Assembly: GCA_903854195.1 (NCBI GenBank)
Contig: CAINVO010000029.1
Coordinates: 2,557-66,556, forward strand
Length of the DNA: 64,000 nucleotides
Reading direction: 5' to 3'
Source of the DNA: an uncultured bacterium
GTDB taxonomy: Bacteria; Patescibacteriota; Minisyncoccia; Phycocordibacterales; CAINVO01
The notes below the pieces were generated by a model. That model was not told the DNA's origin. It did no database searches and saw only the letters and a list, made by a program, of their open reading frames with translations. This document shows, piece after piece, positions 57,822-64,000 of the stretch (position 1 is its first letter; each line of letters opens with the position of its first letter). Made by a program: the position numbers and the translations under genes.

Positions 57822-59336
57822 TTATATTTTGGGATTTAGAGAAATAATTTCACCAACAGAAAGTCCTGATACAATCTCTACATTTCCCAGTACATCAGTA
57901 GCGCCAATTGTGACCAGTCTTGTTTCAAATTTATCTCCATTTTTTACTTGAACAAAATTTTGATTTCCTTTCAGAATCACAGCCTGTTGTGGAAGCGTAA
58001 TTACATTTGGTCTATTATCAATTTGAATACCAATAGTAGCCGTCATTCCAGATCTAACACGATCGTCAGGAGCATCAAACTGTAATTTTGTTTTATAAGT
58101 CGAAACTCCATCTTTTACTGTTTCTGCAGGGTCTATTGAAATAACTTTCGCAGGAAAAATAGTGTCAGCGCCATATGCATCAAGAGTGATACTTGCTGGT
58201 TGACCAACTGCAACTTTTGCAATATCAGTTTCAGGTATGTAACTGTCTATTTCATAATTTGAATTACTAATTAGACTTATAACTGGAACATTTGGTGAGG
58301 CAATTTGACCCGTCTTTGCATTTACAACAGTTACTGTGCCATCAAATGGTGCAGTTATAACAGTCTGACCAAGAGCAGCCTGAGCTTGTTCCACGGCTGC
58401 TGTTTGAATAGCAATGTCTTGCGAAGTCGCACCAGCTTTTTTTAGATTGAGTTGATTTTTTGCAACTTCAACTGCTGATAAACCACTACTATAAACCTGA
58501 TCAGCTGAATTAATTGCAGTGATCGCATTATTGATATTTGCCCTAGCTGTGGAGACATCATTTTTATATTTATCAATATTTGCTTGAGTTAGAGATCCAC
58601 CAGGAACAAAAGATGATACAGCTATAGTAATATTGCTCAAATACTGACTTAATAAATTTAAATTATTTTGAGCCTCTTGCAAATATGTATCAGAATATGA
58701 ATCCAACCCTAAACCTTGTAATTCAATACCCCAAGAAGTTAGAGTGCTGCCCCAACGTAAACGCTGATCATTAAGCGACTGACTTAATGTGTAATTATCA
58801 AATGGAATAATTGTTGGAGTTGCTGATCTTGGATTTGTATAAACTTGATCAACTTTATTTTTTACAGCATCATCTGCATTTGCATATCCAAGTTTTATTG
58901 CATTGATTAATGAAATTTCTGATTGAGTAACAGAACTTTTTGCACTAGCGACATTTGATTCTGAAACGGCCACATCCTCTGGACGTGTACCTGTTTTTAT
59001 TTGATCAAGTCTCGCAACTTGGGCATCGAGGGCAGCTTTAAGCTCTGAGTTTGAAAGATATGCCAAAGTTGAACCTTGAGAAACCTTATCGCCAACAGAC
59101 ACATTTACGGCACCAATTTTACCTGCAGTTTCAAAACCAAGGTCAACATCTTGTACTGGAACAACCTGACCAGAAACAGAAACCTTCTTTATAAAAGTTG
59201 TGGGTTTTACAGTGAGTGTATTTACTTGTGTCGATTGAAAATTCCCAAAAATAAAATATGCAACTGCGGCAAGTACAATTACAACAACTGATGCCGTGAT
59301 AATAATTTGTTTTTTCTTCATATTTCTTTTTTTCAA
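57822..59336 (-). CDS. MacA/HlyD-like efflux membrane fusion protein
   Basis: GKIGAVNVSVGDKV, ITAPFDGTV, IPETDIAKVAVGQ and RSGMTA. Confidence 0.88.
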   Translation of the reverse strand: MKKRNMKKKQIIITASVVVIVLAAVAYFIFGNFQSTQVNTLTVKPTTFIKKVSVSGQVVPVQDVDLGFETAGKIGAVNVSVGDKVSQGSTLAYLSNSELKAALDAQVARLDQIKTGTRPEDVAVSESNVASAKSSVTQSEISLINAIKLGYANADDAVKNKVDQVYTNPRSATPTIIPFDNYTLSQSLNDQRLRWGSTLTSWGIELQGLGLDSYSDTYLQEAQNNLNLLSQYLSNITIAVSSFVPGGSLTQANIDKYKNDVSTARANINNAITAINSADQVYSSGLSAVEVAKNQLNLKKAGATSQDIAIQTAAVEQAQAALGQTVITAPFDGTVTVVNAKTGQIASPNVPVISLISNSNYEIDSYIPETDIAKVAVGQPASITLDAYGADTIFPAKVISIDPAETVKDGVSTYKTKLQFDAPDDRVRSGMTATIGIQIDNRPNVITLPQQAVILKGNQNFVQVKNGDKFETRLVTIGATDVLGNVEIVSGLSVGEIISLNPKI

Positions 59337-59358
59337 TCTAAATATTAATATTTTTTTA

Positions 59359-59844
59359 TTATAAATAATGCTTCAACTTTTCAGGGTTTGGCACTTCCTC
59401 AATCAACACCTGTTCTCCGTCACTCTTACTTATAATCAGCGTACCATAATTAAACCTTTTTTCTATACCAGTTTGAGGCTTCATGGTTATCTGAATTATC
59501 TGATTCCTGTCCACTGATTTTATTTCTCGAGAAAATATTCCTTTTTGACTTATATTAATAATTCTTCTATTTGTAAGAATCCAAATATCTAAATAATGAT
59601 CAGATATCGCGATTGCAAAAAATACAATAACAACAACAAGCCATAAACAATAAAACCCCACAAAAACCAATGTCATTTTTATGGTCAAAAGAGTTTTTAC
59701 GCTACTAAAAAATAGTATATTTAATCTAGCAAAAACATATGGGGCGACTGAAGCAATAGATAAACAAATGATTTCAATCCAAAGCGCAAGCGAGTGCCTT
59801 CTTGTAGTTTTTAATATCTCCTCATCTTTATAAAAAGCGATCAT
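59359..59844 (-). CDS. Membrane protein with bacterial PH domain
   Basis: RRH..2 TMs..WILTNRRII..QKGIFSR..FNYGTL.I..VPNP. Confidence 0.75.
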   Translation of the reverse strand: MIAFYKDEEILKTTRRHSLALWIEIICLSIASVAPYVFARLNILFFSSVKTLLTIKMTLVFVGFYCLWLVVVIVFFAIAISDHYLDIWILTNRRIINISQKGIFSREIKSVDRNQIIQITMKPQTGIEKRFNYGTLIISKSDGEQVLIEEVPNPEKLKHYL

Positions 59845-59854
59845 TTAATAAAAA

Positions 59855-60121
59855 TTAGAGTGTATAAGCTATATAAAATGAAATTGCTGAAAAACTTATC
59901 AAAACAAGGCTCAAAGAAACATAAAGGACTATCAGAAGGTCAGAATACTTGTTTGGTATTGAAAAGGCTCTCCATTGATGAATGCCTACTGAGGTGACAG
60001 TAAGCCATCCTGTAAAGACAGCTAACCATGGTGCAAATGTTCTGATAGGGCCACCTTTTATAAAGAAATTTAATATACTCATAGTCATTTTTATTATACC
60101 AAACAATAAAATTAATGTCAT
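59855..60121 (-). CDS. Small hypothetical membrane protein
   Basis: Two hydrophobic segments, co-oriented with the operon; start uncertain. Confidence 0.45.
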   Translation of the reverse strand: MTLILLFGIIKMTMSILNFFIKGGPIRTFAPWLAVFTGWLTVTSVGIHQWRAFSIPNKYSDLLIVLYVSLSLVLISFSAISFYIAYTL

Positions 60122-60242
60122 TGCTGGACATTGCTCGATTTCAATACTTGTGATATAAATATTGTCTTAAATGTGTCATCAATGCATTTACAAGAAAGGC
60201 GCCTCGGCGCATTTTATTTTACCCTTTTAATTTAAGAAAATT

Positions 60243-62045
60243 ATGGAAGTTAGAAACATAGCAATTATTGCCCACGTGGACCATGGAAAGACAACCTTAA
60301 CTGATGCCCTAATGCGTCAAACTGGAATGGTTGAAGAAGGTGTATCTATGGACTCAAACGCTCTAGAACTTGAGCGTGGTATTACTATTTACGCAAAAAA
60401 TACTTCCGTTGTATATAAAGGTACAAAAATAAACATTGTTGACACACCAGGACATGCTGACTTTGGATCAGAAGTTGAACGAGTACTTCGATCAATTGAC
60501 TCTGTTCTACTAGTTGTTGATGCTCAAGAAGGACCTATGCCTCAGACACGTTTCGTTTTGAAAAAGTCTCTCGAGCTTGGACTAAAGCCTATAGTTGTTA
60601 TTAACAAGATAGACAAACCAGCAGCCGCCCCAGATCGAGCACATGAGGAAGTCCTTGAACTATTTATGGATCTTGGTGCTAATGACGAGCAATTAGATTT
60701 TACAACTGTCTATGCTATTGGACGTCAAGGCATTGCAATGAAAAATCTCGGTGACGAAAGTACAAATCTTGATCCTCTACTTGATATAATTTTAGAGAAA
60801 GTTCCTGCTGCAAAAGCTGATGTAAATGCACCCCTACTGGCACAACCTTTCAACCTTGCTTTTGATAATTTCCTAGGACGTATGGGCGTGGCTCGCATAT
60901 ATGACGGTAAAATTTCTCTAGGACAAACAGTTTTTATTAAAAAACCAACTGGCGAAACTCGTACAGGACGTGTCACAAAACTATACACTTTTGATGGTGT
61001 TGCGAAAAAAGAGGTAAATGAAGCTACTGCTGGTGACATTGTTATGATCGCCGGTCTTCCAGAAATTTACATTGGAGAAACCGTCTGCGAAAGCGAAGGT
61101 CAGAACACTCTTCCATCTATTAAGATTGACGAACCTACAATTTCCCTAGATTTCTTGATTAATGACTCCCCTTTTGCGGGACGTGAAGGAAAATTTGTAA
61201 CAACAAGACAAATCAGAGAAAGACTTGAAAAGGAACTCGAAATTAACGTTGGGCTTAAAGTTGATTTTACAGGCGAAGGTAGTGATATGTATAAGGTTTA
61301 TGGACGAGGAGAACTACACATTGCCGTTCTTTTGGAAAACATGCGCCGCGAAGGATACGAACTTCAAGTTTCTCAACCAAAGGTTATTATAAAAGAAATT
61401 GATGGTAAAAGAATGGAACCTTTTGAAGAAGCAGTTGTCGAAGTTCCAACAGAATCATCAGGTGCTGTTATCGAAAAACTAGGTAAAAGAAAAGGTATCA
61501 TGACCTCAATGAAGCAGGATGGCAACATTGTCCGAATGATTTTTGATATCCCAACACGAGGACTTCTAGGTTACCGTAACCAGTTTGTTATCGACACAAA
61601 AGGCGAAGGTATTCTATCAAGCCGTTTTATTGACTTTAAGGACTACGTTGGAGAAATTGAGAAAAGAGAAACTGGCTCTATGGTATCCATGGAAAATGGA
61701 AAAGTGCTTACTTTTGCATTAGGAAACTTACAAGACCGAGGTGTGCTATATGTCACACCTGGCACAGAAGTATACGTTGGTATGGTTATTGGTAACGTAA
61801 CAAAAGGCGATGAACTTGATGTGAACCCAACTAAAGGTAAACAACTTACAAACATGCGAGCTTCAGGATCGGATGGAACGACCTATCTGAACCCAGCAGT
61901 TGAAGTAACTATCGAGCGTGGTCTTGAAACTATGGCTGAAGACGAATACTTGGAGATTACTCCAAAGAGTACTCGTATTCGAAAGAAATATTTGAACAAA
62001 ACAGAACGTACAAAAAACGCTTCTAAAATTCAAATAACTGCCTAG
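60243..62045 (+). CDS. typA: Translational GTPase TypA/BipA
   Basis: [36 protein letters not shown] and [10 protein letters not shown]. Confidence 0.96.
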   Translation: MEVRNIAIIAHVDHGKTTLTDALMRQTGMVEEGVSMDSNALELERGITIYAKNTSVVYKGTKINIVDTPGHADFGSEVERVLRSIDSVLLVVDAQEGPMPQTRFVLKKSLELGLKPIVVINKIDKPAAAPDRAHEEVLELFMDLGANDEQLDFTTVYAIGRQGIAMKNLGDESTNLDPLLDIILEKVPAAKADVNAPLLAQPFNLAFDNFLGRMGVARIYDGKISLGQTVFIKKPTGETRTGRVTKLYTFDGVAKKEVNEATAGDIVMIAGLPEIYIGETVCESEGQNTLPSIKIDEPTISLDFLINDSPFAGREGKFVTTRQIRERLEKELEINVGLKVDFTGEGSDMYKVYGRGELHIAVLLENMRREGYELQVSQPKVIIKEIDGKRMEPFEEAVVEVPTESSGAVIEKLGKRKGIMTSMKQDGNIVRMIFDIPTRGLLGYRNQFVIDTKGEGILSSRFIDFKDYVGEIEKRETGSMVSMENGKVLTFALGNLQDRGVLYVTPGTEVYVGMVIGNVTKGDELDVNPTKGKQLTNMRASGSDGTTYLNPAVEVTIERGLETMAEDEYLEITPKSTRIRKKYLNKTERTKNASKIQITA

Positions 62046-62223
62046 TTAAAAACCGGCTAATTGTCCGAAACAATCTCCAGACCTTTTTTAGTTTAACTTC
62101 TAGACGATTCCATTCGTCTAAATGAGCATTTATATCTTTAGTGATTCTCATGATTAATCTCCTTTTGATAAATTCTGACAAGAGTATATCAAGTGGTGTA
62201 TTAAATTTCGCTCAAAAAATAAT

Positions 62224-62260
62224 AAAAAAAATCCCAATGATTGCTCATTGGGATTTTTTT
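62224..62260 (-). terminator. Intrinsic terminator of the RNA-binding protein gene
   Basis: AAAAAAATCCCAATGA-TTGC-TCATTGGGATTTTTTT. Confidence 0.75.
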
Positions 62261-62275
62261 TTGGAACCTGAAAGC

Positions 62276-62572
62276 TTAGAAGCTTCTTCGATCTCCACCT
62301 CCAAAACTTCTTCGTTCTGGTCGGTCTGTCATAGGACGAGCCTCGTTGACTGTAAGAGTACGACCGTCCACATCTTTACCATTGAACATGTCAATAGCTC
62401 CCTGTGCGTCTGCATCTTCCATTTCTACGAAACCAAATCCACGTGACTTGCCAGTCATCTTGTCTGTAATAACATTTGTTGATACTACTGTGCCAGCTTT
62501 TGAAAAAGCGTCACGTAGAGAATCAGCAGTTGTATTCCAAGAAAGATTTCCAACATACAATTTTTTTGCCAT
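62276..62572 (-). CDS. RRM RNA-binding protein
   Basis: KLYVGNL (RNP2), SRGFGFVEM (RNP1), LTVNEARP and a Gly/Arg tail. Confidence 0.93.
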   Translation of the reverse strand: MAKKLYVGNLSWNTTADSLRDAFSKAGTVVSTNVITDKMTGKSRGFGFVEMEDADAQGAIDMFNGKDVDGRTLTVNEARPMTDRPERRSFGGGDRRSF

Positions 62573-62703
62573 TGTGTATCTTTGTTTTACTTATATCGAT
62601 TATCGATTGCGATAGACGACCTTCCCTACGTCATAAGTAAACTTAAGACCACGAGAAATCTACGAATCACATAAAGTATAGCACAGTTGATAGAAAAAAG
62701 CAA
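62573..62703 (-). promoter_or_regulatory. Promoter and ~95-nt structured 5' UTR of the RRM gene
   Basis: TTGCTT-17-TATACT on the minus strand; TTTACTTAT/ATAAGTAAA stem enclosing GACG/CGTC and an ATCGAT repeat. Confidence 0.55.
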
Positions 62704-62717
62704 GCGATATATCCACC

Positions 62718-63941
62718 CTAAAACTCCTTAAAGTTAGGGTTTAATCTGCAAGTCGCATGCTTCACCACTGACCCCCCTGCATTTGAACATGTCAAAGTAT
62801 ACGTAGTAGTTGAACCAATTGGAGATGACGGGGTGTATGTTCCAGATGATGAAGTAGCCACCTGAATATTCAGACCTGCTGAAGAAATTAGAGTACAAGT
62901 ATCTGGTGCGCCACCCGTTAGAGTCCAAGAAAGAACACATTTGTTTTGAGAGCTGCCGGAATTGATAATTTGTGGTGTCAAAACAATGCCTGCAGTTGTA
63001 AGAGCGGGAGGAAGAGGAAAAACACTACATGATGGATATGAATATGAACCATTTAGAGCTGGGGGGTTCCCCGCTGTACATATGCGGTTCTGAATATCCT
63101 GAGCATTACTACATGTTGATGAAGCTGAGTATCGATAAAAAATGGCACCAGAACCAATTGAGTATGGTGAATTCGGATCTAGTGGGTTGATACACTTTGA
63201 CTGACAGGTACCTCCAATCATGTTTTGGCTTGTAGAACATACTGAACAAGTTGGATAGTCAGTAGCACCATTAGAACAAGTTGTGATCACTGTAACTCCT
63301 GGGTAACTTAATGTTGTTGATCCTGCAAAACTTATCCACCCAACAACATCTGAACCCCAAGCATACCCTGTTATATTTCCAGTACTTGATGCGTAAGTTA
63401 CACCTCTTGTTCCGTTAGGTGTTGGTGATGGGTAGTTTGTTCCAGAAAGACTAATCCAACCGTCCCAACCATCAATACGAGAATCTGTAGTGGTCGTTGG
63501 ACCAGAAGGCGGAGTGTAGTATGTAAAGGTTCCTCCACCACAGATACCGTCATAAGTTCCAGCACATGCCCTAGCCCATCCAGTAACGGCACCAGTAGAG
63601 ATATTAATATTCGGCTGACATGTTCCTGATGGACATCCAGTAGTTTGGTTAAAACTAACCCAACCTATACCATCCGACCATGCGTATCCAGACAAGTTAC
63701 CAGTATTTGAATTGTAAGAAACTTGATATGGGGAATTATCTGTAGATGTTCCATTAAAACTAATCCACCCAACATTATCAGACCAGGCATACCCATTTAC
63801 AGGAAGGGATGACGACTGTGCCTTTACAGGAACTCTCACAAAAGCAAGTCCAATAAAAATAAAGGCAGCTATTGGAACTATGGCGGAAATATATTTTATG
63901 TTTTTTCTCATATTTTCTGATTTATTTTTAATGGACTGCAT
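62718..63941 (-). CDS. Secreted Cys-rich protein with GYAWS..GWISF repeats
   Basis: Signal peptide; 4 repeats of G(Y/W)A(W/R)...GW(I/V)S(F/L); C-terminal Ig-like YTLTC. Confidence 0.78.
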   Translation of the reverse strand: MQSIKNKSENMRKNIKYISAIVPIAAFIFIGLAFVRVPVKAQSSSLPVNGYAWSDNVGWISFNGTSTDNSPYQVSYNSNTGNLSGYAWSDGIGWVSFNQTTGCPSGTCQPNINISTGAVTGWARACAGTYDGICGGGTFTYYTPPSGPTTTTDSRIDGWDGWISLSGTNYPSPTPNGTRGVTYASSTGNITGYAWGSDVVGWISFAGSTTLSYPGVTVITTCSNGATDYPTCSVCSTSQNMIGGTCQSKCINPLDPNSPYSIGSGAIFYRYSASSTCSNAQDIQNRICTAGNPPALNGSYSYPSCSVFPLPPALTTAGIVLTPQIINSGSSQNKCVLSWTLTGGAPDTCTLISSAGLNIQVATSSSGTYTPSSPIGSTTTYTLTCSNAGGSVVKHATCRLNPNFKEF

Positions 63942-64000
63942 TGTAAAAATTTTTATTCTTAATTCTATTCTATTTTTATTTTATTTTTTGTTCAAGAATT

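Noticed and set aside
1-64000. Alternative genetic code (UGA=Gly), CRISPR arrays, integron attC arrays, transposases, rRNA
   Set aside because: Conserved genes are full length under code 11, and no regularly spaced repeats or mobility/rRNA signatures were seen.

Overview
AT-rich bacterial chromosomal segment that looks like Patescibacteria (CPR, most likely Parcubacteria/Paceibacteria), using the standard code. The assignment is inferred from the short IF-2 and ValRS, the VirB2/TrbC-like pilin array, GYAWS..GWISF-repeat secreted proteins and the general lack of Shine-Dalgarno sites. Core genes include iscS, infB, rbfA, folD, gyrA, rpsA, pth, lepB, rpsU-like, ybeY, ftsA, ftsZ, trxB-like, tsaD, valS, lepA and typA, plus 10 tRNAs. 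These are interleaved with secreted/surface-protein genes, a PAS/histidine kinase/response-regulator islet, a MacAB-like ABC exporter and several solo accessory genes carrying their own promoter, SD and terminator. No transposase, integrase, reverse transcriptase, Cas gene or CRISPR array is recognisable. Best leads: (1) a structured ~120-nt element downstream of tRNA-Leu(TAG) carrying antisense and sense copies of that tRNA's T-arm, with a degenerate counterpart at tRNA-Arg sharing the TGTGACC|T-loop junction, and related palindromic elements elsewhere; (2) two ORF-less promoter-to-terminator units that may be new ncRNAs; (3) folD and aspartokinase, whose conserved N-termini have no ATG/GTG/TTG start; (4) a shared prepilin-like leader on three unrelated secreted proteins. 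All calls come from manual reading with no database searches.
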